A DNA stretch of 64,000 bases from Flavobacteriales bacterium (lineage in GTDB: Bacteria; Bacteroidota; Bacteroidia; Flavobacteriales_D; Crocinitomicaceae), in the NCBI GenBank assembly GCA_947462255.1, contig CANHOA010000003.1, positions 24,891 through 88,890 on the forward strand, given 5' to 3'. The notes below the pieces were generated by a model that saw only the letters and a program-made list of their open reading frames with translations, was not told the DNA's origin and did no database searches. Below, piece after piece: positions 1 to 9,470 of this stretch (position 1 is its first letter; each line of letters opens with the position of its first letter). The position numbers were made by a program, and so were the translations under genes.

Positions 1-3000
1 GCCATTCTGATCTAATTTTATTAAATAAGATCCCCGAGCGAATGAAGAGAAGTCAAGCATTATTTCCGTTTGATTTTTAACCTGATCGGTAAATAATACC
101 CTTCCATCCATGGTTAGAATAGAGATTGAAGCAGATATCGGCATATTAAACGTTCCATAGACCTCGTTTTGTGTTGGATTAGGATAGAAAGAAAGCTTAA
201 ATAAGTCTTCTTTAAAAATTCCCAAACAAGGGTCTAAGACAACCACGATACTACCCGATTCTGTACAGCCATTTAATTCTCCTGTTACAATGTAGGTTCC
301 TGCTTGGGTGATTGAAGTTGAGGTGCCAGAAGTACCATTGCTCCATAAAAATGAAGTAGCGTTACCCGCGGCTGTCAATTGGAGAGGCAAATTATAGTCG
401 CAAACTGTTGTATCACTCACTAAGAAAATTGTCGGATTTGGATTAACCTCAACCGTAAATACCGATGACCCTTCACAATTGTTGGTGTCTATTCCCACAA
501 CAGACAAGGTCATTGTTGTAGCTGGCTGGAAATATGTTCCATTGAACTGACCTATATTCCAGGTATAGTTCGCTGCACCATTTGCTTGAAGTAAAATGGA
601 GTCTCCCATACAAATCGTTTGGTTTGCACCGGCAGAAATAGTAGGTAAAGCATTAACCGTTACAAGCAAATTATCTTGGTCTTGACAGCCGTAAGCGTTC
701 GTTCCTGTAACAATATAATTAGTGGTGGTGGTGGGAGTAAATGAAACGCCATTTACAGCACCATTATCCCATGAATACGTTTGGGCACCGCTAGCAACAA
801 GTACAATATCCCCGCCTTCACAAAGTTCGATATCACTTCCAGCGAAAACAGTCGGAGAAGGATTGACAAACACTGTTATTTGATCAACATTCTGACATTG
901 GTTTAAATCTACTCCGGTCAAAGTATAAGTCTGTGTAAGCTGCGGAATAAATGGAGAATTATTAATTACGCCATTCGTCCAAGAATAACTTATTGCTCCT
1001 GAGCCCGTTAAAATTACCGAGTCTCCGAAACAAATTGTTAGATCGTTTCCTGCAAAAACCGTCGGCAATCCGAGCACATTTACAAGTACAACATCGTTGC
1101 TAGAACATCCCGTAGATGAATTCGTGCCAGTTACAAAATAACTAGTGGAAGATAGGTTTGTTCCAGTTTGAACGGTTAAAGAAGCTCCCGTTGCCCCATT
1201 ATTCCAAACATAATTTGTTGCTCCCGTAGCTGTAAAAGTTACACTTGAACCCCCACAAACCGTTTGGTCTACACCTGCCGATACTACTGGAGGTGCATTA
1301 ACGGCTACTGTTGTGGTTGCTGTACCTGTGCAACCTTGTAAATTGGTTCCTGTTACCGTATACGTTGCTGTTGAGACAGGCGTAAAGGCTACTGCATTCG
1401 TTACTCCATTATTCCAAGAATATGTTAAAGCGCCACTTCCATTAAGAGTTACTGGCGAACCGGCACATACTGATTGATTTGTACTTGCGGATACAGTTGG
1501 TGAAGGAAGGATTGTTATTACTTTAATCAAAGATGTATCTGAACAGGCTAATGGCAAGCTATTTACCATAACAGCATACGAACCCGCTTGTGCTGCTATC
1601 AATTGTGTACTTGTCTCTCCAATTATTGGCTGGCCATTTAACAACCATTGGTAAGAACTTCCTGTTGAACCTGGAATCGAAAGTGTTGTGCTCGCCCCAA
1701 CACAAATAGAGTTGGCGGCAGCCGTAACAACGGCACCTGCTGCAGTTGCGCAAGTATTTACTTGATAGATAGATAGGGTTGAGCTAACCTCGTTTGCCAA
1801 AATCACAATGTCGTTGCCATTCGGCGAAATCGCTGCGGGGATTGTAACTATTCCCTCTGCGCCTAAATCTGGCCCGCTCAACGTTGTTGATCTATTATTC
1901 CGATAGGCAACATAAACTGGTGATAAAGGGTTCTCTACATTGAAAACCATGACGCCACCAATCCTTTCTAATGCTAGAAAAACATACGGCTTTCCATTGA
2001 TTGTCTGAAAATGTATTCCTTCGATCTCAGGGCCTTTATCATCGCTTCTGTTTTTTAAAGATGGGGTGCCAGTAGAATTTGACGCATTAAAAATAGCGGC
2101 GAAAGTTGGATGGTTAGCTATTATTTGCTCGATTAAATCCTTCGAATCATAAACAAGCGCACCAGTGGTAGCGTTTCGAATACTGAAAGACCTTCCACTC
2201 ATAACGTGTAATTCGTCATAATCGCCATCGCCGTCAGTATCTCCTGAATATTTTAAGGCACTAAGTCTACCCAGAAACTTGCTGTTTTTAAGTATGCTTG
2301 CATCTGGAAAGGCTACCGCATCCAAGTTAGCAAATGTGGTTGAATTGATTCTATTAGCATCTACTACAGTTCCAAACTCGCGCGAATCACCTTCGTTGGC
2401 TGTGAAAATATACCCTTGTCCTCCTATGGTTCCAAAGCTAAGAGCATCAGGCATATAGGCTCCTTTGATTGGTAGGTCTCCAGTAATTAAGATCGCGCCA
2501 CTTTGATCAGAGGCGTCTAAGGCGTTATTCGATCCAGTACCATATGGGCTATATCCAAAAGCCGCTAGGCTGATTATCGTATTATTTGTAAGGTCAATCG
2601 TCAAAAGTGCATTTGCTTCTTGAATTCCCACGTACGCTTTTGTGTTATCGTCCGAAATGGTGATGTATTCTGGCTCTAAATCCTGTGCTACAGTCGCACT
2701 TGTTGAGAACACACGAATTCCTTGCGCAATCAATGTGGTCTGCTGTCCATTATAGGAGGTTAATCCTATTGTGGTCACATTCGCATTTGTTAGATTAGCA
2801 ATTCCTGGTGTTAAATCAACAACGGAAACGGATCCCTCAGGGTCAACAGTATAGCCTGCATTTGGCTCTCCTTCATTCGCGGTGAGAATTTTAGTATAGT
2901 TTTTATTAAATGTGATCATATCTGGCATAGCTCCAACGGTCACTTGACTCAAGAAATTTCCATTGTAATCCAAAAACACGACTGAACCATTAAGTTGTGG

Positions 3001-4296
3001 GTTGCTATTTTCTATTGCCAATGCAACGATGCTGTCATGCGCAACAACCGAGTTAATGTTCCCATAAGGAGTAGTAGAAATCGACGTTATTAATAGCGGT
3101 AGAGCCGGATTGGAAAAATTAACAATGTCTAATTTTGCAGCAATACTATTTGCAATAAACAAACGGTCAACATCTTCGTCAAATGCAACTATTTCAGCAG
3201 AATTCGTTCCTGCAGTACCGTTAGAAAAGCTCGATAAAAGTGTTAAGTTTAATGCATTCGTTGGCGAAGGGGCTTGGTAATCATTGTCTTTAATAAAAAT
3301 GATTTGGTAATTCTCCGTGGTTGATATTCTTGTGTTGGTTCCTGATAGTATTTTCACAATAATCCGTTCTGCTTTTTCAGGCAGTAAGTCATCAACAATT
3401 GAAATTACATGATTGGTGACACCGTTGGTGTTGGCTGGTATTGTTACTGTATTTGCCCATGTAAAATCTACATTGTCGGTTGCGTTTGAATAAACAGAGA
3501 AACCTAGGTTTAAGGTTACTGGGCTGGCATTTGCATTCGAAATTAATATCGGAACGTTAACTGTTCCAACATTTTCAGCTACTTGAATAAAATTATTGGC
3601 GGCAGCAATGGATGTGTTAGCGCCTCCATCTACTTTTACATTGTCAAATCGCCATGTACCTGCGCTTGCAATAGAGCTTGTTAATACTGTTTGTCTAAAC
3701 TCTCCCGTAGCCTGATAGTGTGCCGCAAGAATTCTAACGGCAAAATTTGGATTGTTGTTCGCTGCTAGAATGGACACGAAATCTACTGAAATTCTTCTGT
3801 ATTGATCACCAACACCGTTGTTTTGAAAACGACCTCCATCAATAACACCGTTACAATAAGTCGTGTTTTGGTCCGTCATCACAAAGTCTGTCCAAGCAAG
3901 ACCATCAGTTGTATATTTAACTCTCACAGTATTTGCCGATGTACCAGACCAGCGTTGGTCCCAGGTAAATTTTATGTTTTGATAGCCAACAGTTGAGATA
4001 TTATATTGAACGCCATTGGATTCGTTTGCTAATCCTGGAGAGGCAGTAAAAGCCCAGGCTCCCGGATTTAGTCCATTTTGTGCTCCACAGCCATTATTTA
4101 TTATAGGATCCATGCCTGTTGCCGCAGCAGCAACAGTTAGTGTCCCCACTATAGAAGAGGTGCCCACGCCTAAATCAGCATTGTAAGTAGTTGGGGAGCC
4201 AACTATTGTGTTATAGTTCCAAAGGGCAATCTGTGATTGAGCAACTAATGTTGATAAAAAGATGCCTGTAAAAGAAAAGAGTAGTTTTGAAATCAT
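1..4296 (-). CDS. Large T9SS-secreted surface protein, partial (C-terminal end runs off the left edge): signal peptide, Calx-beta-like module, choice-of-anchor I-like domain, 7 tandem Ig-like modules, T9SS type A sorting domain
   Basis: Not in the supplied track because no stop codon lies in the window. My translation of the minus strand from ATG 4296-4294 stays open to base 1 (1432 codons). Signal peptide MISKLLFSFTGIFLSTLVAQS. Calx-beta-like segment VAENVGTVNVPILISN..DFTW..IVDDLLPEKAERIIVKI. Choice-of-anchor I-like motif series SAEIVAFD / MPDMITF / ANEGEP / DPEGSVSVVDL / LEPEYITIS / ANEGDSRE / GRSFSI / DDKGPEIEG / LERIGGVMVF. C-terminal tail LSFYPNPTQNEV..GSYLIKL. Confidence 0.85.
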   Translation of the reverse strand, partial: MISKLLFSFTGIFLSTLVAQSQIALWNYNTIVGSPTTYNADLGVGTSSIVGTLTVAAAATGMDPIINNGCGAQNGLNPGAWAFTASPGLANESNGVQYNISTVGYQNIKFTWDQRWSGTSANTVRVKYTTDGLAWTDFVMTDQNTTYCNGVIDGGRFQNNGVGDQYRRISVDFVSILAANNNPNFAVRILAAHYQATGEFRQTVLTSSIASAGTWRFDNVKVDGGANTSIAAANNFIQVAENVGTVNVPILISNANASPVTLNLGFSVYSNATDNVDFTWANTVTIPANTNGVTNHVISIVDDLLPEKAERIIVKILSGTNTRISTTENYQIIFIKDNDYQAPSPTNALNLTLLSSFSNGTAGTNSAEIVAFDEDVDRLFIANSIAAKLDIVNFSNPALPLLITSISTTPYGNINSVVAHDSIVALAIENSNPQLNGSVVFLDYNGNFLSQVTVGAMPDMITFNKNYTKILTANEGEPNAGYTVDPEGSVSVVDLTPGIANLTNANVTTIGLTSYNGQQTTLIAQGIRVFSTSATVAQDLEPEYITISDDNTKAYVGIQEANALLTIDLTNNTIISLAAFGYSPYGTGSNNALDASDQSGAILITGDLPIKGAYMPDALSFGTIGGQGYIFTANEGDSREFGTVVDANRINSTTFANLDAVAFPDASILKNSKFLGRLSALKYSGDTDGDGDYDELHVMSGRSFSIRNATTGALVYDSKDLIEQIIANHPTFAAIFNASNSTGTPSLKNRSDDKGPEIEGIHFQTINGKPYVFLALERIGGVMVFNVENPLSPVYVAYRNNRSTTLSGPDLGAEGIVTIPAAISPNGNDIVILANEVSSTLSIYQVNTCATAAGAVVTAAANSICVGASTTLSIPGSTGSSYQWLLNGQPIIGETSTQLIAAQAGSYAVMVNSLPLACSDTSLIKVITILPSPTVSASTNQSVCAGSPVTLNGSGALTYSWNNGVTNAVAFTPVSTATYTVTGTNLQGCTGTATTTVAVNAPPVVSAGVDQTVCGGSSVTFTATGATNYVWNNGATGASLTVQTGTNLSSTSYFVTGTNSSTGCSSNDVVLVNVLGLPTVFAGNDLTICFGDSVILTGSGAISYSWTNGVINNSPFIPQLTQTYTLTGVDLNQCQNVDQITVFVNPSPTVFAGSDIELCEGGDIVLVASGAQTYSWDNGAVNGVSFTPTTTTNYIVTGTNAYGCQDQDNLLVTVNALPTISAGANQTICMGDSILLQANGAANYTWNIGQFNGTYFQPATTMTLSVVGIDTNNCEGSSVFTVEVNPNPTIFLVSDTTVCDYNLPLQLTAAGNATSFLWSNGTSGTSTSITQAGTYIVTGELNGCTESGSIVVVLDPCLGIFKEDLFKLSFYPNPTQNEVYGTFNMPISASISILTMDGRVLFTDQVKNQTEIMLDFSSFARGSYLIKLDQNG
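225..1755 (-). repeat. Seven tandem ~73-aa Cys-containing Ig-like modules (about 220 nt each) inside the 1-4296 CDS
   Basis: The translation shows a recurring pattern: P-[ST]-[VI]-x-A-G-x-[DN]-Q-[ST]-[VI]-C-x-G..., then Y-[ST]-W-x-N-G..., then T-Y-x-V-T-G-x-[DN]..G-C..., then V-x-V-N-x-x-P. Examples: PTVSASTNQSVCAGSPVTLNGSGALTYSWNNG, PVVSAGVDQTVCGGSSVTFTATGATNYVWNNG, PTVFAGNDLTICFGDSVILTGSGAISYSWTNG. Confidence 0.75.
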
Positions 4297-4415
4297 AATG
4301 CAGTATTTTTAGAACTGCAAAATTCCTTCTTTTCCTGCCCATGAATGTTTCGTTAAAATTATATTTTTTGTGACTTATATTTATTTACTGTTAATTAATA
4401 ATGGCCCGAAAATTA

Positions 4416-4829
4416 CTATTTTACGGTAATATTAATTGTCTTGCTCTTGTTCACAACAACAGATGCTTCTGAGAAGCTAGGCGCACTAAATGTTCGGCGC
4501 GCATTATTTGAGAACCCATAAGCCTCCGTTGGAATCCCTAAATAATTTTTATCTAAAACGTTATTGTTGTTTTTATCATGGTAAACCGCAACGGCATAGG
4601 ACCCTGAAGGGATACTGCTGAAAACAACTTGGCTTACGTTTCCGGATATTGTGGTGGTCTTTCCTTTATATTGCTTTCCGAAAACCGGAAAGTCATCCGT
4701 TGATCGATAAATGGCAATATAAGCTTCGCCCTTGCTCGAAGGAAACCCTTTGACATGAATCGTTAAATCATAGCTTGTAGATGAATAATTTAAAATAATA
4801 AGTGAAAGAAGTGAAAGAAAGACATTCAT
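4416..4829 (-). CDS. DUF2141-like secreted protein
   Basis: 137-aa ORF starting at ATG with a hydrophobic N-terminus. The C-terminal GIPTEAYGFSNNARRTFSAPSF motif is typical of DUF2141. It lies 119 nt upstream of, and co-directional with, the large T9SS cargo gene. Confidence 0.65.
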   Translation of the reverse strand: MNVFLSLLSLIILNYSSTSYDLTIHVKGFPSSKGEAYIAIYRSTDDFPVFGKQYKGKTTTISGNVSQVVFSSIPSGSYAVAVYHDKNNNNVLDKNYLGIPTEAYGFSNNARRTFSAPSFSEASVVVNKSKTINITVK

Positions 4830-4891
4830 AAAACATCTGTTTTTTATACAAAAGCCGATGCAAAATTAATTGTTTTTCTACTACCTTTGAT

Positions 4892-5923
4892 ATGATGTCT
4901 AAAAAGGTTTTAATTACTGGAGGAGCAGGATATATTGGCGCACATACCGTTGATGCATTAGCAAAAAGTGGCTACACGCCTGTTATTGTGGATGATTTCC
5001 GTAATAGTAATCCACGCGTTATACAAGATTTAAGTAAATTAATTGGGTTCGAACCCTTGTTTTATACTATCGACATCTGTGATAAAGCAGCCTTGAATGA
5101 CGTTTTTAATACACATCAAATTAATTCCGTTATTCATTTTGCGGCTTTTAAGGCTGTGGGTGAATCTGTAACAGAACCGCTAAAATATTATCAAAATAAC
5201 CTCATCGGATTATTGAATGTGTTAGAGTGCATGGAAGCATTTAATGTGCATGAATTGGTGTTTTCTTCCTCTTGTACCGTATATGGCGAACCAGATTCAA
5301 TAAAAGAGGTAACTGAAGAAACCCCCAAACAACTCCCCACCTCACCTTATGGTTATACCAAATGGATGGCCGAGCAGATTATTTCTGATTATGCGAAAGC
5401 AAATAGCCGTTTTAAGGTAATCTGTTTGCGTTATTTTAATCCGATTGGGGCCCATCCTAGTGGATTAATAGGCGAATTGCCTATAGGGAAGCCGGCTAAT
5501 TTATTGCCTTTCATTACTCAAACCGCTATTGGGAAACACAGCAAATTATTGGTTTTCGGTAATAATTACCCTACGATAGATGGAACTTGCATAAGGGATT
5601 ATATACACGTGATGGATTTAGCAGACGCACACATAAAAGCCGTCGAGGCCTTTGATAATAATTCTATCGCATCCTGTGAATATATTAATGTAGGAACCGG
5701 AAAAGGAACCAGTGTCCTTCAAATGATTCAAGCTTTTGAAGAAATTAGTGGGGCAAAACTTTCCTGGGAATTTGCCCCAAGAAGAACTGGAGATGTTATA
5801 GAAATCTATGCAAATGTAGATCGCGCTAAAACCTTGTTAAACTGGCAAGCACAATTTTCCTATCAAGACGCCATAAAAGATGCTTGGAATTGGGAGCTCT
5901 CAAACAAACAGAAAGAAGACTAA
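4892..5923 (+). CDS. galE: UDP-glucose 4-epimerase
   Basis: 343 aa. Has the GGAGYIG Rossmann motif, a YGYTK (YxxxK) catalytic motif and a GalE-like sequence over its full length. Confidence 0.9.
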   Translation: MMSKKVLITGGAGYIGAHTVDALAKSGYTPVIVDDFRNSNPRVIQDLSKLIGFEPLFYTIDICDKAALNDVFNTHQINSVIHFAAFKAVGESVTEPLKYYQNNLIGLLNVLECMEAFNVHELVFSSSCTVYGEPDSIKEVTEETPKQLPTSPYGYTKWMAEQIISDYAKANSRFKVICLRYFNPIGAHPSGLIGELPIGKPANLLPFITQTAIGKHSKLLVFGNNYPTIDGTCIRDYIHVMDLADAHIKAVEAFDNNSIASCEYINVGTGKGTSVLQMIQAFEEISGAKLSWEFAPRRTGDVIEIYANVDRAKTLLNWQAQFSYQDAIKDAWNWELSNKQKED

Positions 5924-6709
5924 ATGCATTTTATTGATACACATGCCCACACCTATGACGAATCCTTTCTGGGTGACTTAAACGCAACAATTTCAAGTGC
6001 ACAAGAGGCAGGAATCACCAAGATTTTAATGCCTAATATTGATGCGGAGAGCGTTGAGCCAATGTTTTCAATTCAAGAAAAACATCCAATGTGTATTCCT
6101 ATGATGGGCTTACATCCAGCTTATGTTAAAGCTGATTGGGAAAAGCAATTAGAGAAAATTGAGCGTTATTTATTTGCTGATCCGCTTAGATTTTGTGCCA
6201 TAGGAGAAATCGGAATGGATCTTTATTGGGATAAGTCATTTCTTGAAGAACAAAAAACCGTCTTTACCCAACAAATTCGATGGGCGAAAAAACTTGACTT
6301 GCCCATTGCTATTCACGCGCGTGATGCCTTTAATGAAATCTTCGAAATATTAGATAAAGAAAATGATGATAAGCTCAAAGGAGTGTTTCATTGCTTTACA
6401 GGAAATACAGCACAAGCTCAACATATAAAAAATTATGGGGGTTTTTTATTAGGAATTGGCGGAGTGCTAACTTATAAAAATTCAGAACTTGGAAAGACGC
6501 TTAAGGAAGCGGCTTCATTAGAAGACCTGGTGCTAGAAACGGACGCTCCATATTTACCTCCAGTACCCTACAGAGGAAAAAGAAATGAATCCGCTTATAT
6601 GCTTGAGGTAGCGTATAAATTAGTTGATTTGTATCAGGCACCTTTGGAAGAAGTCGCTAGTATAACGTCCCTAAATGCGACAGAACTTTTTCAATTAAAC
6701 CGATTTTAA
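5924..6709 (+). CDS. TatD-family metal-dependent hydrolase
   Basis: 261 aa with an N-terminal IDTHAH metal-binding motif. Its ATG directly abuts the galE stop. Confidence 0.85.
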   Translation: MHFIDTHAHTYDESFLGDLNATISSAQEAGITKILMPNIDAESVEPMFSIQEKHPMCIPMMGLHPAYVKADWEKQLEKIERYLFADPLRFCAIGEIGMDLYWDKSFLEEQKTVFTQQIRWAKKLDLPIAIHARDAFNEIFEILDKENDDKLKGVFHCFTGNTAQAQHIKNYGGFLLGIGGVLTYKNSELGKTLKEAASLEDLVLETDAPYLPPVPYRGKRNESAYMLEVAYKLVDLYQAPLEEVASITSLNATELFQLNRF

Positions 6710-6710
6710 T

Positions 6711-7736
6711 ATGAAAGCAAAAATATTACTCATCTACACCGGTGGGACAATTGGGATGATCAAGGATTTTCGAACGGGGGAGCTTAAAAGTCTGGATTTT
6801 AATTATGTATTTGACCACATTCCAGAATTGGAAAGGCTCCATGTTGAGTTAAGTAGTATAAGTTTTGAAAAAGCGATCGATTCCTCAGACATGACCTATG
6901 CACATTGGAAACAATTGGTTGATATTATCAATGATAATTATGAAGCGTATGATGGATTTGTGGTGCTTCATGGCTCAGATACCATGGCATATACCGCATC
7001 TGCCTTGAGTTTCATGTTGCAAGGCCTAACAAAACCAATTATCCTGACGGGATCGCAATTACCCATCGGAACCATTCGAACAGACGGAAAAGAAAATTTG
7101 ATAACGGCGGTTGAAATCGCTGCTGCAAAAAACATCGACGGATCGGCTATCGTGCAAGAAGTCGCCATCTATTTTGAGTATTCACTTTATAGAGGAAATC
7201 GTTGCACGAAAATCTCCGCCAATCAATTTGAGGCATTTTCATCTCCAAATTATCCGCCACTAGCAGTTGCTGGTGTTACGATTGAATATAAACTTGATCA
7301 AGAATCAATAAAAAAAAGACACGTGCTTCAAGTTTATAAAAATCTAGAAACTCGTATCGGTTTATTAAAAATATATCCTGGTATTCCTTTTAAAAACTAT
7401 GAATTCCTTTTTAATGTCAATCAATTTAAAGGAATTGTATTAGAAACATTTGGAGCAGGAAATGCCCCCAATAACCAAGATATGATTGACTTAATTACCA
7501 ACTATATCGATGCAGGAGGAATTATTCTAAATGTCACACAATGTTCTTCCGGTTCGGTGCGTCAAGGACAATATCAAACCAGCTCGTTTTTTGAAAAAAT
7601 TGGGGTGCTTAGCGGAAAGGACATGACCACAGAGGCAGCGCTAGCAAAAATGATGTATGTGTTGGGTAATTATTCCTCAAAAGAAGATCGAATTAATAAA
7701 TTAAATTTAAATTTGGTTGGAGAACTAACAGTATAA
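6711..7736 (+). CDS. ansA: Type I L-asparaginase
   Basis: 341 aa with the YTGGTIGM catalytic-Thr motif and the HGSDTMAYTA motif. Confidence 0.85.
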   Translation: MKAKILLIYTGGTIGMIKDFRTGELKSLDFNYVFDHIPELERLHVELSSISFEKAIDSSDMTYAHWKQLVDIINDNYEAYDGFVVLHGSDTMAYTASALSFMLQGLTKPIILTGSQLPIGTIRTDGKENLITAVEIAAAKNIDGSAIVQEVAIYFEYSLYRGNRCTKISANQFEAFSSPNYPPLAVAGVTIEYKLDQESIKKRHVLQVYKNLETRIGLLKIYPGIPFKNYEFLFNVNQFKGIVLETFGAGNAPNNQDMIDLITNYIDAGGIILNVTQCSSGSVRQGQYQTSSFFEKIGVLSGKDMTTEAALAKMMYVLGNYSSKEDRINKLNLNLVGELTV

Positions 7737-7778
7737 CCGTGATTATATGATAAATCTACTATTGCTAACTTTAACATC

Positions 7779-8840
7779 ATGAAAAAACATCCATTCCTTA
7801 TAATTCTCGCCATTATCGTTTTAATGACGTTTCATGCTTTTGGCCAAACAACCTGGCAAGGATCGAAAAATAAAAACCATAATTTCACCCTTTCTGGCTT
7901 TGGTGATTTATATTACGGTAAACACGTTGGAAACTATGCTAAAAAAGAAAGTTTTTATTATAATCATAAAGTAAATAATAAAATTCGCACTAATTTATTG
8001 CTCTTAAAAGGAGAATTTACTTCTCCTCGCTTCCATGCCACATTGGGACTAATGACTGGCGACTATTCTCAATTTAATTTATCCGCCGAACCCAATTGGG
8101 CCAAGCCATTGAACGAGGCGTATGTGGGAATCAAATTGTCAAAAAAGAAGAAATTGTGGTGGGATGCTGGAGTCTACAGCTCCTACATTGGAATTGAATC
8201 AGCTGTTTCGTCGGATTGCCCCACATTAACACGAAGTATTGTTGCTGAAAACTCCCCCTATTACCTTAGCGGAACACGATTGCTTTACACAAGCGATAAC
8301 GACAAGAATGAATTTGGATTTCACGTCTTAAACGGTTGGCAGCGGATTGGTTGGGACCCTTTGATAACTCGTCCTAGCTTTGGTGCACACTACAAACGCA
8401 ATCTAAATGACCATACCTCACTAATGTATGGTGTGTTTTATGGGTCAATATATCCTGACAGCCTCTCAATAAATCGATTTTACCAGCATGCAAACGTCGC
8501 TTGGAAAAAAAATAAGTGGGAAATGTGGGCGACCTTGGATTTAGGTCTTGAGTCAGGTTTTATTTGGGGAGCTACTCAGCTCGTAGGTAACTATTCGTTT
8601 ACGCAGCATTGGTCTCTTGCCCAACGCTTAGAAATTTACTATGATCCTGATAACCGATGCGCGCGAATTGGCGCAACAAAACAAACAAGCTTGGGCGGCT
8701 ATGCAATTTGTCTGAATTATTCATTAAATGAAAATATCTTAATCCGGTTCGAGCCAAAGTTTTTACTCGCTACAGAACCTATATTAAAATCGAATCCTTG
8801 GGATTTACAATTTAATATTGGCATTGGAATGAAATTTTAA
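7779..8840 (+). CDS. Outer-membrane beta-barrel porin-like protein (OmpL/DUF1597-like)
   Basis: 353 aa with a signal peptide (MKKHPFLIILAIIVLMTFHAFGQ), alternating beta-strand-like composition, an NGWQRIGW motif and a terminal aromatic residue (..GMKF). Confidence 0.5.
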   Translation: MKKHPFLIILAIIVLMTFHAFGQTTWQGSKNKNHNFTLSGFGDLYYGKHVGNYAKKESFYYNHKVNNKIRTNLLLLKGEFTSPRFHATLGLMTGDYSQFNLSAEPNWAKPLNEAYVGIKLSKKKKLWWDAGVYSSYIGIESAVSSDCPTLTRSIVAENSPYYLSGTRLLYTSDNDKNEFGFHVLNGWQRIGWDPLITRPSFGAHYKRNLNDHTSLMYGVFYGSIYPDSLSINRFYQHANVAWKKNKWEMWATLDLGLESGFIWGATQLVGNYSFTQHWSLAQRLEIYYDPDNRCARIGATKQTSLGGYAICLNYSLNENILIRFEPKFLLATEPILKSNPWDLQFNIGIGMKF

Positions 8841-9289
8841 ATTGGGTTATTTACGGCATGGAGGGTTTGTTTTACTCCTCTTCGCCTCTTAAAGCGGGGA
8901 CTAAGCGTTTAAAAAAGTAAGGGCAATCCTCCCTCCTCCTCCCATCTTGAGGGGAAAATCTATTTTTTGTAAATAATAAGCTTCTAGTTTAGACCTTGCA
9001 ACAGGTGGTTTTTCATACCCATTGAATTTGGTGTATGCTAAGATTATCTGAAAGATCAATCGCTAGCATCCAAATTTGGTGGGGATTAAAAATACTTCGA
9101 ACCTATTCATGGTTGAGAAAAAATCACAAGGCTTCGAAGTAAAGCGCATTGCTAAGTCAGCTCCTTTTTTTGTTACTTTTTTTTGAGCTAAAAAAAAGTA
9201 AAGAAATCCTTCGCTTTAAATAATAAAGAATTAAGCGAGCTTATTCTTTATTATTATTGTTCGCTCAGCTTTATTCATCGAATTATATT

Positions 9290-9306
9290 GCGGAGAGAGG
9301 GGGATT
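9290..9306 (-). repeat. 17-nt direct repeat copy of the tRNA-Ser 3' end (att-like scar or tRNA fragment)
   Basis: GCGGAGAGAGGGGGATT at 9290-9306 is identical to 9470-9486, which is the 3' end of the tRNA plus one flanking base. The sequences diverge on both sides of the repeat. Confidence 0.8.
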
Positions 9307-9357
9307 ACGCGTCAAAAAAGACGCGTGATCCCGGAAGAGGGTCGCTTCATACTAATT

Positions 9358-9393
9358 AAAGCCATGCCGCGTTGCGGCGCCTAGCTTTTTTTT
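9358..9393 (+). terminator. Terminator-like hairpin plus T8 on the plus strand
   Basis: Inner stem GCCGC-gtt-GCGGC (9366-9378) is nested in outer stem AAAGC/GCTTT and runs into TTTTTTTT (9386-9393). No annotated plus-strand gene ends nearby. Confidence 0.35.
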
Positions 9394-9429
9394 CCACTTC
9401 ACCATAAAGCAAGCTTTAGGTTCGTTTAC

Positions 9430-9457
9430 AAAAAAAGCCCTGCAAAAATGCACGGCT
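9430..9457 (-). terminator. Intrinsic terminator of tRNA-Ser
   Basis: On the minus strand, AGCCGTGCA-TTTT-TGCAGGGCT (9-bp stem with one mismatch) is followed by T7 and starts 14 nt downstream of the tRNA 3' end. Confidence 0.6.
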
Positions 9458-9470
9458 TTAATAATTTTAG

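Noticed and set aside
4299-4319. 6-bp hairpin TGCAGT-(9 nt)-ACTGCA immediately upstream of the start codon of the giant T9SS cargo gene.
   Set aside because: The stem is short and weak, easily arises by chance, and has no supporting conserved context.
6968-7168. Other short antisense or alternative-frame track ORFs inside well-supported genes. Examples are 6968-7168, 9976-10206, 10768-12740, 13439-13717, 17085-17821, 18293-19117, 20718-21004, 32246-32563, 47123-47395, 50182-50472, 52265-52558 and 56348-56683.
   Set aside because: Each lies wholly within a longer gene that has clear family motifs, and none shows a motif of its own.
8841-9470. tmRNA, RNase P RNA or SRP RNA in the long non-coding region.
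   Set aside because: None of the hallmark motifs are present on either strand. I looked for the RNase P GGAAAGTCCGGGC-type core, the tmRNA tRNA-Ala-like ends with a tag ORF, and the SRP GGAAG/AGCAG helix 8 context. Only a covariance search could exclude divergent forms.
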